The position numbers and the translations under genes were made by a program. This document shows positions 25,651 through 38,285 of a stretch of DNA of 64,000 bases, piece after piece; position 1 is the stretch's first letter, and each line of letters opens with the position of its first letter. The notes below the pieces were generated by a model, which was given only the letters and a program-made list of their open reading frames with translations, had not been told where the DNA came from and did no database searches. Source of the DNA: Asterias rubens (lineage: Eukaryota); contig NC_047064.1 in the NCBI RefSeq assembly GCF_902459465.1, positions 3,906,001 to 3,970,000 on the forward strand, in the 5' to 3' direction.

Positions 25651-26153
25651 GGTATGGGCAGGAAGTGCCTGCTGGTTTTGGCATGGTACAATTCATTTTG
25701 TATTTTGGAATGATTAACATAATATGATATTAACACAACATGGAAACTGTTTATTATTCCCCTTTTGTTCAACTACAAAACACCCAGTACATTTTAGCTG
25801 CTTGGTGTTCTCAAACTGGGTCACTAGTTTGTTTTTTTGCATGCTTTAAAAAAAATTTGTTTTTAAGACAACAAAATATCAGGCATGCCTGGACAGTTTC
25901 TTTAATGGTTTTTCTTACTTCTTATTCAAATGTATATTTTAATATATTTAAATGAATTGTACATTAGAATCTAGTCTTTGAGAAAATGGAACTGATGTGT
26001 TAGTTCAAACCGAATGAAGAATTAAAATGAAATGATTTTTCATTGTCAAAAGTTGTTTTTCCTTTCTACATTCGTGTCTGAGTTTTTGTTTGATTTATAT
26101 TTGTCAAGAAAAGATGTAAAAAGAAAGTTGGTCAGATTATGGCTCTGGCAAGG

Positions 26154-26525
26154 TTAAAGACACTGGACACTATTGGTAATTGTGAAAGACTAGTCTTCAC
26201 AGTTGGTGTATCTCAACATATGCATACAGTAACAAACCTGTGAAAATATGAGCTCAATCGGTTGCTAGGTTCTGAGATAATGAAAGAAAAATACACCCCT
26301 GTCGCACCATGATCACACGAAGTTATGTGCTTTCAGATGCTTTATTTCGAGACCTCAAATTCTAACTCTGAGGTCTCAAAAATCAAAATCATGGAAAATT
26401 TCTTGAAAACTATGTCACTTCAGTGGGAGCCGTTTCTCACAATGTTTTATTATATCAACCTCTCCCCATTACTCGTAATCAAGAAAGGTTTTATCATGAT
26501 AGTAATTATTTTCAGTAATTACCAA
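26154..26525 (+). mobile_element. MITE family A copy
   Basis: ttaaagacactggacactattggtaatt ... gtaattaccaa. Confidence 0.82.
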
Positions 26526-26835
26526 AAGCAACACGCTCAGCAACAGCCATAGCAGCAGCTGTACACACCAATTTGGATACAGCCTTAGTGTTGGTTTTAC
26601 TTTGGGTTTTTTTTTAAGTTTAATTTTTTCCCATCCCTCTAGTTTTCATTTGTACACATCCTTGCCTGTAAAGTTTCCATCTTATTGGTTGCGTTCTGGA
26701 GGAATCAACTAGTCCAGGGCTTTGAAGCTATCCATTCGACTTGGGACAGCATTTCAGATTGAAATATTTGGGTTGGTACATGTATAAACTTAAGTCGAAT
26801 TTGAAACTTTGCATGGTGGAAATGTGATGTAGAAA

Positions 26836-26950
26836 GGTTTGCGGTAACACCATGTAATGACTATCTCTAATGAGTTGTGGTGATCCTGAAAAGAACCGTT
26901 GGTTTCAACTCGACGTTTCAATCGGTATGCTCTGATCGTCTTCTGGAAAC
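26836..26950 (-). mobile_element. Decayed hammerhead-headed element (short variant)
   Basis: Minus strand reads CAGAAGA-C-GATC-agagcatacc-GATT-GAAAC-GTC..., ending in acatggtgttaccgcaaacc. The core has a U4->A change. Confidence 0.5.
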
Positions 26951-28818
26951 TTAATAAATCAGTGAGCTTGCCGTAGGAAACTTTTTTTTCTTTCTCTCCA
27001 ACAACCAATTCAGTAGTTTTTAATATAATAAATACAACCACACTCTGAATAATTCTTGTAATGATTTCACAAACCAGAAAAAAAAGTGTTTGCAAATAGT
27101 TGAAGATAATTAGTTGCAACGTAGCATATCAAAGTATTTTTGTTGTGTGGTCAACAATTCCCTTTAATGCTATTGACACTAACGAACACAAGATCACAAA
27201 ATAAGAACAGTCCAAGATAATGAGGTACTTTTAATGATAAAATACCAAATTTATTCATACAAATACTGTCTTGTTGCATAAAATACCATGCATGGTATCA
27301 TCAGTTAAAGATCCAATCTAGCAAAATTGTTAATTTCTATGCAGTGATGTGCATTTGGAAAGAAATATCTTCTTTTATAATCTTAAGTTCCTCAAACTTC
27401 AGTTTTAGTAAATTGTTTATGTAACTACAGTTTTAAGAGAAATTTGTCACATTTTAATAAAATGCCATAAAAACTAAAAAATACATAAAACAATGTTACT
27501 TTGAAATTAAATCTACATCATTCACACTTTCTAATGGAATAAAGATTCAGAGTAGCAAAGTTAAACATCTGACAAACTTCTCTGAAAAATTTGTTGAAGA
27601 ATATTAAAATATAACATGACTATCCTACTATATTTTAAAACCGATACCTTAGTCTAATCAAAATAACTTAGTATCGAGAAATTTATATTCATTCCATTTT
27701 AATAACAATATTAGTGTCCATATGGCGTGTTTGATGCTAAGCACAATGGCAGAATTTGTAAAACCGGAAGCCTTTGTTTTATCAACACAGAATATCAAGA
27801 AAAAATATTTGAATAGTTATTTTCTTGCTATTTTTCCAATTACCCGTTTGATGCTTCACACAAGTTTCTACACTAACTTAACTGTATTTTTCTTCTTCTT
27901 ATCAATAGGAAGTGAAACACACTGTTGATGATCTTTTTCAAAAATATTCTTTGGTTTGTTTTAAATAATGATTTCCTTTCCAGGCTCAATTTGTCAAACA
28001 CAGAATTCTTTTCTTTGTCGCTCCTCTATCGAATAGTCTACCTACAACATTACACTAATCTTGGTGTGGTAGCCCAACATGGGAAATTTGCCGAGTATCA
28101 ATGTAGAAGTAGACTGTTTCTCTACAAAGGTTCAAGAAAGGACTTGAATCCCTTTTTTTGCATATTTTGTTGTGTGATTTGTCTCATCATACAACCACTG
28201 TGATTTTGCTAGCAGCAGGAAATGCAGGAAATGGGTATAAAGAAGTTCAACATTAACTTGGTCATAAATTATAAAATTAATCAAAGAAAACTCTTATTAC
28301 ACAGTGGTTATTTTGTTAAAAATTAACACAAAATTTAACACCCCTTAATAGGCCCCCATGCTTACATTGTTAAGAAAAATAAGACGAAATAAGGATTTTG
28401 TGTTCGGGAGAGACAAAAATTGTTCTTCAAAAATTCTGTCCAATAAACCTTTATCATGGTGCAGCCATCTTGAAATTGTCCCACTGATATCAATGTTACC
28501 AAAAACCGAGGCTGGAAGAACAAAAAAGTCTGGTTCCGATTTGCTGAATGATTATTAGCATTCATTATTGTTATTGGATGCGAGGATCATGACCAAGATG
28601 GAGGTAGCCTGATAAAGGTATATAATATGATGACGAGGGCTCCATCATTTCATCTCTGCATTCCATTAAATCAATTCCAATAAATAATAGCCAACTTTAA
28701 CTCGGGCATTTAATTTAAATTCAAAACCCTCTTTTGAAATAAGTGATTTTGGAAAAAAATATAATCACCAGGGGTGGAGCAAATTCTTAAAAGCGCTAGT
28801 TGGGTCAAATATTTGTCT

Positions 28819-31800
28819 TTAATCTTTCTTCTCTACTTTGGCTGCTTCCTTCTCATTGTACTCGATGAATTGCTTGTCTGTGCCGAAGATCTTGTCCCAG
28901 TAAGTGAAGGTTGATGAATAATTCCCATTGAAGTTCATGTGGTGAAAATCATGGAAGCGGGCACCTGAAGGAGGGTGGATAATTACAAATTAGGTTTTGA
29001 ATTTATAAGGCCATCGACTTTAGAAGGGAATAGAGTCAACTCTCTTTATTACAAGGGCACAATTTCATAGAACTGCGAAGCATACAAATCTGCTTAGCGT
29101 GAAATTTCTTCTTTGATAAAAAAGACAGGAGTACCAACCAAATTTCCACGTGATTTTCAGGATAAGCAAAGAACAGCTGAATACAAGTAAGCAGCAATAT
29201 GCAACAAATGGAAATTTGGTTGGTAATCCTGTTTTTATCGAGGACGAAATTGCATGCAAAGCAAATTTGTGTGCTTAGCAGCTCTATGAAATTGGGCCCA
29301 GGTTGCTGGGACTGGCCAAATTACCTCTTTACAAAAGGAATGTAGTTGCAAGAGGAAATCAGAACAAAGAAACACAAAGCAGAAATGAGATTTCGGAATG
29401 TACTCTTCATAAGCAGAACCCTTAATTTAAGAATTCAAACCATTCAGCCACATTTTCGGACAAATATGTGTAAATTAATTGATGGATGATGCTACCCCAG
29501 CGAATGGGGATACTCCAGGAATAGCCACCCCAGGGCCTGCTCTTGAGTAGGGGTAAGCAAACAAAACCCCTGGGGTATTCTTGAAACATGCAGCCAGAAA
29601 CCTGTGGGATAGGGACCTAAGCATGGACAACGTGAAAGCGCGCCGGGCTAACTCACTTTGGGCTAAAAAAACAGACTATTTTGGTTGCGGTAACACCATG
29701 TTTGTATCTACTTGCCAGGTAGAGTTTGTTCTTAGAGAACTGTCTTTCTTTATTCTACTACCGTGGAGAAGATTTATCGGATGTTCGGGAGACTTCTCAG
29801 TTCTGAAAAAAATGTCCTGCTTTTAATTACTACCCGTGCGGAAGGTATAGAAAATTGGCTGGGACTACTACTTTAGCTTATAGGATCATAATTAACCACA
29901 CTGCCGCGAAGTCAGTCCTTAATTTGGTCTCAACGTTTCGACTAGCTTGCTCTGATAGTCATCGTCAGGAGACAAAGGAAAAGGACTGTGCGTGTATTCC
30001 ACAAGAATAAAAGATGACATTGTGAAAAGGGCTCAAGTCATGTCTCTAAACAAGAGGAACCGAGTACCCACCTCCGTAGAAGGGTAGCAGGTGCAGTGGG
30101 TTGAGGGGGAGGTCGTAGCCACTGTGAACATCAATGGTCTCAAGTAGACGGAATGCCATCCATCCCCATAGAAGCATCAGGTGGTTACAGGTCAGCATGA
30201 TGCCCCACATGAAGCCTAGTCCAAGGACTGCAAAGACACAAACAAAGAATTGTTTTTGTTTAGCATTAGATGTCATTTTTACCATAATCTTTGGCGTAAT
30301 AATAATAATATTGAAGTCTTATATAGCGCACGTACTGTATAACAAGGTATTCAAAGCGCTGAGTATATACAAGCTTTCAGAAAGATAGGTTATTGCAGTG
30401 ATGAATTCTGAGACCCAATTATGTAGCACCTTATAAGGGTTTACAAGGTGCTACGGCGCATTCAGCAGCCACAGCCAGGAACACCGGGACGATCCCCCTG
30501 CGCCTTGAACACCCAGCAGGGTGGCTATGTGTGCATTACAAGTCTTATTATTATTATTATTCTCTTTTCAAAAAGTGCACTGGGTTCTTTTACATGCGCT
30601 ACACAACACATGGGACCAACGGCTTTACGTCCCATCTGAAGGACGAAGCAATGGTTAAGTGTCTTGCTTAAGGACACAAGTGTCACGGCTGGGGATGCCA
30701 AACATGTCGCAACTTCTTTAATTTTAAAACAATTCATGATGAACAAGTTCCTCAACTTTGACCTCATGTTATAAAACACCTTTGATATCTTGTTATCTAA
30801 ATCTAATTAACCATATCAAGTTTCGAGGAGTTTCACGTTTTTTTTCTTTTTGATATTACAAAATTACTTTGTCATGACGTGATGCAGGCTGGTTTTATAA
30901 AGGACCCCTATATAACAGCTTACAAAACCAAATCTGTTGAATTCTCAATAAATACGACCCTCATGAATCAGGGATGTCTCATGATGGCTAAATACCAGGG
31001 TACCCTCATGTTTCTTCATCCTACGCGTTTGATCAACACTCGACAGGAAGTCTCTTTACCCGCCTCAGTGATTTGGCCTTTTCCATCATTCCCTCGATAA
31101 CGGCCCACTTACATAAAAATTCCTTTCACGACGACGACTGATGACATCATGAGCTTCTTTGCATGCGTGTTTATCCACGTATTTTTAGTTGTGTAAGATG
31201 TCCTTATTTAACTTTAAGTTCGGATGTGGTTACGTAAAATGTCCGCCACACCACTTGTTATGAAACAAGCTTAATTTGAATCAAAATTCTTAAGAAAAGG
31301 TTTTTGGGGATTATAGAGCGAATAAATTGTTGGATCTATTGATTGGTTAGAGTCACTTTCCAGTTAATATCTAGTTCTGTTTCCTCTAACCAGGAATTTA
31401 AGCTGCCTGGGCCCAACTTCATAGAGCTGCTAAGCACGAAATTTGCCAAGCATTAAATTTCTTCCTTGATAAAAACAGGATTACCAACCAAATTTCCATT
31501 TGAGGCATATTGCTTTTTACTGGTATTCAGCTGTTGTTGGCGCATCCTGAAAGTCACGTGGAAATTCAGTTGCTAATCCTCTTTCTATCAAGGCAAAAAT
31601 TTCATGCTAAGCAAATTGTTGCGCTTAGCAGCTCTATGAAATTGGGCCTTGTTCACAATATCAAATTTTGTCCCTTGGTGATCATTGGTAGGCATGATAG
31701 GCGACAAGAGTTTTGTTGGGGCAAAAGCATCCCAACTGACTGCCAAGCGACAGCATCGGATCAGGGACACAACTGATGACCAGTTATCATGCAAATTTAT

Positions 31801-34800
31801 TATTTGTTCATAGATTTTAGAACCTATAGCTTTAAAGGAATTGCAGTTTATGTTATGAACCTTTCAGTCGTGTCAGTAATATGTTAATATGTTGATGGAG
31901 TCACGTAGGCCACAAGGCCATACTCAATAATTATTTTACTGGTTGTATTTTTTACGACCATGGCTTCACTTCCTCAAGTTTTTATTACTTTGTGTGTTTA
32001 ATTTTTAACTTCACAAAAGGTACACTTTTTAGTACATTTCGGTCTACGTGACTCGTGATTCACCAATGACCAAATCGGGGGCAATGGCATGCTTAGGATT
32101 TTTGTGGGCAAGGGACTGCAAAGAAATTTCTTAATTTTGCAGCACAGCAGGAGCGCAGTAAGGTTATTTTTGGAGGATGGTATAGGACATTCTATTTTAG
32201 TTGATCTGTAATCACGATGTACAGGTGACCTGAAACTAAAGGGATATTTCGATGACAATGGGGACAAAACTAATTAAACAGGTCTGGTGACAATGTTTAG
32301 ACCTATAAATAAAGAGATGGGGGGGGGGAAATTACCTTAAATAAAGAAATGCAAACAATTGCATATTGATAACATTGTTCATTAAAAGAACTACAATAAC
32401 AAAGTAAACATTCTACAGGTACTGTACTTTGTACTCTTTGAGCCGATACTGTTTGATAATACTTGATTTCAGATTGTTTGCTTTTTATCAGATGCTAAAA
32501 TAGTAATGTGGCATAATGTATCTTGTCATTTAGTTTTTTTTTTTTAGCATTCAAGTTAACCACTTCAGAAAGACAATAAAGATTACTCCCAAATTTCAGG
32601 ATAAAGTGTCCATTTATATCTTGACATGTAGGTGTTCCGACAAAGAAAATTCTTCATCTGTGTAAACTATTCTCATCATAGATTTGGGATAAAATGAATC
32701 TGCACAATTTCAGATAATTTTGAAACTTATTTTTTTTAAACGATTTTGTATGGTATGAAATAAAAGATGGCCCCAATACATTAGTGTTAATCAACTATTG
32801 GTACTATTAACTGATGGGACTACTTGACTCTTTAGTAACTGAGTATTACTGTAATGTTCACATAGAGCGCCGTACTTGTGAACAATGACATGACAATACA
32901 TGCACTATTGTAAACAAGGCTTGACCAAAGGTCCTGTGTAGCCAATCATTTTTTAGAGAATATTTTTACACAATCTAAAACATGTTTTTGTTGTTTTGAA
33001 TTGCTGAATTTTTTAGAAGGTTTAGAACTCAAAAGCTTCAGCAAACATTTGTGAATCTTAAAAAATGTTTTTGTTTTTAGAAAGGTAGACTGCCGGGCTT
33101 GTTTAGCTGTGGGTTTTAACTGGCCAAGTGGTTTGGAAAATTACTGGACTCTGGCGAGAGGTCCAAGGTTTATTTCAAGCCCAGACTCTGACATAACACT
33201 AGATAAACCTTTTGAGGAGTGTCACACAAAGCCTGAAAAAATGCCTTAACAATTGTAAGTATTATTGTTACATGAAATAAATTAAAGCTTACTCATTGTC
33301 TCAGCAGGGTGGGCATACTCGGCAACAATACCAAATGGAGCCTGGAGAAGAAAAAAAAGGAAAACATCAAGTAAATTATTATATATTGCACTCTTTAGAC
33401 AAATTACCCAAAAAATTTCAACTGAACAATTACCATTTAAAATATTGTACACTCAGTGTACCCACAATGGGCCTGTAATTATACGTAGGCTGGTCTCTGT
33501 TGCCCCTGGTCTTGGCCTAGTTGCCCCAATGACACCAACAATGTTAAGTTCAATTTCCATTCAAAGTGTGTCCTAACAGGAATGTTTCAAAGGGGCAGAC
33601 AGGCTTGCACTTGGGGCAATGGTCACTGTGGTCAATTGACAAGTGGTTAGATCGCAATCACAAGGTTGTAGGTTCAAAACCAGCTTTAGAAGCTAAATGC
33701 TGTAGTCACGAATCACAATTGAATGATTTGTACATTTTATAATCATACACTACAATAAACCGTTGTTTGTATGGGAGAGATTTTTGCCGTTTCCAACTTG
33801 ATGTTTAGTGGGTACAGTATATCCCCCTTGTATGTAGGAGCTTTGTCGAATTCCCATGTTGGGAAGATCATCTTATCAAACAAACAAACAAACCAAGGAG
33901 GAAACATCCACTAGCCGGTATAATTTGGGGCCTGTTTAAGGACCCCACAACCTATTTCGACATTGATTAAACTGACCTGGAAGTTGTGATGGATCTTGTG
34001 GATGTACTTGTAGATTCTCTTATCATGAAGGGCGCGGTGGAAGAAATAATGCCAAGTATCTTCAATGACGAGGCATACTAAGAATTGACCCATCAGAACA
34101 TACCTGTATATTCACAAAGAAAGAAAAGAACTTGACAAATTTTGTGTGATCACACTAAGTTGTTACAGTGTTATTTTGCAAAATGAAAAGTTTCAACACG
34201 TGTTTGCATGCAGGTCTGGAATTGCATTGTTGAGAGGGCAAGGCCATTTTCAATTTGTAAAGGAAACACCCATTGCAGATTCCTATAAAAGTGTATGGGA
34301 AAGCTTTGGAGGGGCACTTAGGCCAAGACCAGGGCAAGGGAGGCCATGATGGCATTGATTGCCCCAGGCCTGTATGCTTCAAATTTGAAAAGGCAAGGGC
34401 ACCAAGAAATGTTCGCCTTGGTGAAGGGCACTCTATGAGAAAATTGTAAAAACAACGGACCACTTGTGCAAAAGGTTGTGATCCGATTGCTATTAAAGAC
34501 AATGGACACTATTGGTAAATGTCAAAGACCAGTCTTCCCACTTGGTGTATCTAAACATATGTATAAAATAACAAACCTGTGAAAATTTGAGTTCAATTGG
34601 TCATCGAAGTTGCGAGATATGAATGAAACAAAAACAAAACCTTGTCACACCAAGTTGTGTGCTTTCAGATGCTTGATTTCGAGACCTCAAATTCTAAACT
34701 TGAGGTCTCAAAATCAAATTCGTGGAAAATTACTTCTTTCTCGAAAACTACATGTTTTTTCTACACAATGTTTTTTATTATCAACCTCTCCCCATTACTT

Positions 34801-36483
34801 GTTGCCAAGTAAGGTTTTATGCTGATAATTATTTTGAGTAATTACCAATAGTGTCCATTGCCTTTAAATTTGTGCATTGTTGCCGCTACGCGACGCTATA
34901 TGACTTTTGGTTGTTCCGAACCAGTAATTTGTGTGATTTTTCATTATGTTATACTTTTAAAATACATCAATGACAAATGTCAGTTATATAAAATATTTGT
35001 ATACTATACAGCTATACATACCATGCCGGCATCTTGTCCCACTCAAACGATATATTGAAGAACTCACAGTAGACATACGAACCGCATACCATCGGTAGCT
35101 GCACAAACAACTGGTTTACCAGAAGAATTCTCAGACATTTCCACTGGCTCGCTGCGGTTTCTGGTTTATCCTTTTGGATTTTGTACTTCCTCATGTATGG
35201 TATGAACTGGAAAGTAAACGCTGGAAAACTCAGCAGATAGTAGGTTGCCTGCAAATAAAACAAAACATTAAATTAAAACAAATCAGTTAGGCCTATTGCA
35301 AACAACGATGCAATTAAGTTTAATATTATTTTACAAAATTGGTTTGTTTGTGCATTGTTTTTTTTTATATTATTATTTGTTTGTTTGTTTGCTCCTTTGA
35401 GCATCATCAGTTCTGTTTCCGCAGTAAATCAGTCATTGAGATCTAGAGGCAGGTATGTTGTCTAGGTAAAATTTTAATAGAAACACGATTAATAGCTTTA
35501 AACTGTTTAATAGTTTTTGTTTTGGGTACAAACACCTGACAAATAAGATGTCTCAGTGAAAACATTGAAAGCTGCTAAATGAAGCATGGAAGCAAAACGA
35601 AATTTTGGGATTGAGAACAAAAACAATACCTATTAAAATATTTTGAAAGTAAAGCCATTAATAACTATCGACTCTCAAGTTAGTTGCGATTACGTGACCC
35701 TCTTCGCCGTCTGGAGGAGGGTTATGTTATCGCATTCGCAACTACTCTCAAGTCACAAGTGACAAGTCTCAATCAAGATCTGCAAAATAATACTATTTAT
35801 TTATAATATCTTACTTATCACAATATCACAAAAATAATACTGAAATGGTTAGTTAATAATGAAGACCAAGATTTTTTAAATTTTGCGAAATCGAGAAAGC
35901 AGGCAGAAGGTTACATGTAGTTGCAATAACGTAAAACCCTCCTCCCAAAACGGCAATATAAATGTATCCGCCGTTGGGAGGAGGGTTACGTTATCTCAAC
36001 TAGCAGTGAGCTATCGTCTAGAATCTGTTCTATTCTATGTCACTATGTGTGTTCAGGAATTAAAATTGCAAAATATCACACTTTTTTCCTCTTTTTCAAT
36101 CATCCACCCCCCCCCCCCCCCCACAAATTAATAGTAAAATTATAAAATTATATTTAAAATGTACCAACTCAGTTTCCCTTCTCCTACTCTAGGCCTACTA
36201 CTAGTACTACTACAGTACTAGTAAAGACAAGTTGTGGTTTATATTTACTCTTTATTTACCGTTACAATTACTGGAATTTAAAAGTAAGATAATTTTAGGC
36301 AAACTTTTTTCTCACCATGTGAACCAAGACAGACCCGACGGTAGCTATCTGAAACCGGGTGTAGTTGTCAGTCATGTAGGTCCATGCTGATTCCATGGGT
36401 GGTTTGAGCGGATTCTCCGGTATGTACTCCAGGTACTCGCTGGCACTCAGCCGCATCGTCTCCATAATTCCTTCCTCAGCCAT
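28819..36483 (-). CDS. MSMO1: Methylsterol monooxygenase 1 (C-4 methylsterol oxidase, ERG25/SC4MOL), 290 aa; coding exons 36483-36316, 35248-35022, 34103-33977, 33341-33293, 30227-30072, 28964-28819
   Basis: In-frame join of 873 nt. Contains PENPLK...[27 protein letters not shown], the three His boxes [13 protein letters not shown] / [20 protein letters not shown] / [28 protein letters not shown], and [12 protein letters not shown]. Confidence 0.97.
29690..29988 (-). mobile_element. Hammerhead-headed short element (probable Penelope-like/retrozyme-like remnant), best-preserved copy
   Basis: The ~220 nt downstream of the ribozyme align by eye with 20763-20980 (+). Its end (catggtgttaccgcaa) is shared with copies at 26836 and 46861. 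Confidence 0.55.
29913..29988 (-). ncRNA. Minimal type I hammerhead ribozyme (Penelope-like-element type) in MSMO1 intron 5, sense to the gene
   Basis: Minus strand reads CAGTCCTT-TTCCTTT-GTCTC-CTGACGA-T-GACTA-TCAGAGCAAGC-TAGTC-GAAAC-GTT-GAGAC-CAAATT-AAGGACTG. It has the core CUGANGA and GAAA, helix I GUCUC/GAGAC plus a distal 8-bp helix, helix II GACUA/UAGUC, and helix III reduced to the palindrome ACGU; the cleavage triplet is GUU. Confidence 0.72.
30298..30692 (-). mobile_element. SINE, 5'-truncated, with a nested opposite-strand retroposon tail at about 30498-30559
   Basis: The SINE body is interrupted between gatcccc and ttctcttttc by gcgccttgaacacc...caagtcttattattattatt. Confidence 0.8.
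31409..31648. mobile_element. GGGCCCAATTTCATAGAGCTGC-ended MITE (PIF/Harbinger-like); other copies at 29055-29299 and 52093-52329
   Basis: Inverted ends gggcccaacttcatagagctgctaagc / gcttagcagctctatgaaattgggcc. Confidence 0.75.
34493..34867 (+). mobile_element. MITE family A (~375 bp, TTAA-flanked, Kolobok- or piggyBac-like), full copy
   Basis: The ends TTAAAGACAATGGACACTATTGGTAA ... TTACCAATAGTGTCCATTGCCTTTAA are inverted repeats; there is an internal gagacctc...gaggtctc hairpin and no transposase. Confidence 0.85.
35681..35744. mobile_element. Small hairpin element TAGTTGC...GCAACTA flanked by a 9-bp direct repeat; related copies at 35918-36002 and 40060-40129
   Basis: CTCTCAAGT is present on both sides (35672-35680 and 35745-35753). 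Confidence 0.65.
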
Positions 36484-36757
36484 GACTGGGCTTTTGTTGA
36501 GGATTTCACTGCTGGCCGGAGGTTGCTGCTTGCACACAAATGTGGGCTGCGAATGCCTTCAGCTTTATATAACAAGATACTTATATAAATGGGGAAATGG
36601 TGTGTATGTGCTGGTACTTTTCGTGGATTTGGACGTTTCGATCTCCCCCCGCTACGAAAACAAGTCCACCGCTGATCGACCGCTCTCGTTGTTGTTGCGA
36701 TGTGTATTCTTTTCGAGGTGCAGTCTCTCTTCGGTTATGCAATCATGACACGAGCTT

Positions 36758-36901
36758 ATCACGTAACATCGCGTGATATGTCGAGTGTCGTCTGCTGAAT
36801 CGAAGCGCACGTACGCCAGCAAGTTTGCTCGACCCCACCAACGTTATCTGTAGGGTAGTTAAGAGCAACCAGGGGCTATTACTACGGAGAGAAGGTCCAA
36901 T
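36758..36901 (-). promoter_or_regulatory. Candidate SREBP/NF-Y module upstream of MSMO1
   Basis: ATCACGTAAC and ATCGCGTGAT lie back-to-back (36758-36777), resembling the SREBP E-box ATCACGTGAT. There is also GACCCCAC at 36831 and CCAAT at 36897. Confidence 0.4.
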
Positions 36902-36944
36902 GTCGTTCTCGTTCTCAAAAGTAATCCAGTGAATGGGGGGGGGG

Positions 36945-37300
36945 GGTAATAATAACAATAATAATAATAAAAATGAAAACTTATAAAGCGCACAAATCCA
37001 CAGAAGTGCTCATGGCGCTAAAATACAAACAATAGCATTTATTAATATACAATAGCAACAACACAAATTAACGTGGGGCGGGCGTGGACACAGAGCCGTA
37101 CAATAAGAGGTGAGTGCCGTAAGCGGTGAATCAGTGGCCTGGAAAATCGGTCCCAGGGAAATCCGTCACCCAGAAAGAAATTATGGGATGGAGGAAGATG
37201 ACTCAAAGGAGGGCGTTATCAGAAATAAGTTTGCATGAGTTCGCAATGGGGGAGGGAGCGGGACCGATCCTGCTATAGCGGGCGATGCATCAGAGGGAAA
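36945..37300 (-). mobile_element. Probable LINE 3' remnant with an (ATT)n tail; a similar segment lies at about 6260-6460
   Basis: Minus strand gcgccatgagcac...gtgcgctttataag...ttattattatt; gagggcg(c/t)tatcaga is shared with 6283-6297. Confidence 0.4.
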
Positions 37301-37419
37301 CCCACCTTTGACAGGACTTAATTTTTTTTAAAATTTTATGTACTGATGTTTTTTTAACTCTCAACTGTGCGTGAACAGTTTTATTTTTCAATTACCAGGG
37401 CCATGTCAGTGTTGTTATA

Positions 37420-37610
37420 NNNNNNNNNNNNNNNNNNNNNNNNNNNNNNNNNNNNNNNNNNNNNNNNNNNNNNNNNNNNNNNNNNNNNNNNNNNNNNNNN
37501 NNNNNNNNNNNNNNNNNNNNNNNNNNNNNNNNNNNNNNNNNNNNNNNNNNNNNNNNNNNNNNNNNNNNNNNNNNNNNNNNNNNNNNNNNNNNNNNNNNNN
37601 NNNNNNNNNN
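37420..37610. other. Assembly gap (191 N) between MSMO1 and NIFK
   Basis: Run of N followed by a G run. Confidence 1.
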
Positions 37611-37950
37611 GGGGGGGCTATCCTTGGCTTGGTGTGCATTTTGTCTTTATTGGGGGGGGGGGGGTCATAGTCTATCCTCTCAATTTTGTGTATTTCATTC
37701 ATTAGATTTATTGTGAGACAAAGGGACTGTTCAAATTCAACAGTGGATGAGTAGAGACTCTTAAACCGTCCGCCAGCATCATAATATGCAACTTTACTGC
37801 CACCTACGCGTTCGAATCTCCAAAGTCTACACTCACTTTATTTCAATACGCACGATAAACGGGTATTATGTGTTTTTGTTTTGTTATTTCAGCCTAGATT
37901 GAACAATCCGAGCCATTAACTTTTGGGAATTGTGGATGATCAAAACAATT

Positions 37951-38285
37951 ATAAAAGAAAGTGGACACACTATTTGGTAATTATTTATTGTCAATTCTCA
38001 CTTGGTGGTGGGGGGGGGGGGTATCTCAACATGTATGCATGAACAAACCTGTGAAAATTTGAGCTCCATTGGTCGTCGATGTTGCGAGGGTAATATGGAA
38101 GAAGAAAAAAACACCCTTGTCACTCGAGGTTGTATCAGATGCGTGATTTCGGGACCTCACATTCTAAATCTGGGGTCTCGAAATTAAATTTATTAGTGGA
38201 AAAATTACTTCTTTCTCGCAAACAACGTTACTTCAGGATTCAGAGGGAGCCACCTCCATGGTAATACCAATAGTGTCCAAATTAA
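37951..38285 (+). mobile_element. MITE family A copy, degenerate, in the MSMO1-NIFK intergenic region
   Basis: gtggacacactatttggtaa ... aacaaacctgtgaaaatttgagctc ... taccaatagtgtcca. Confidence 0.75.
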
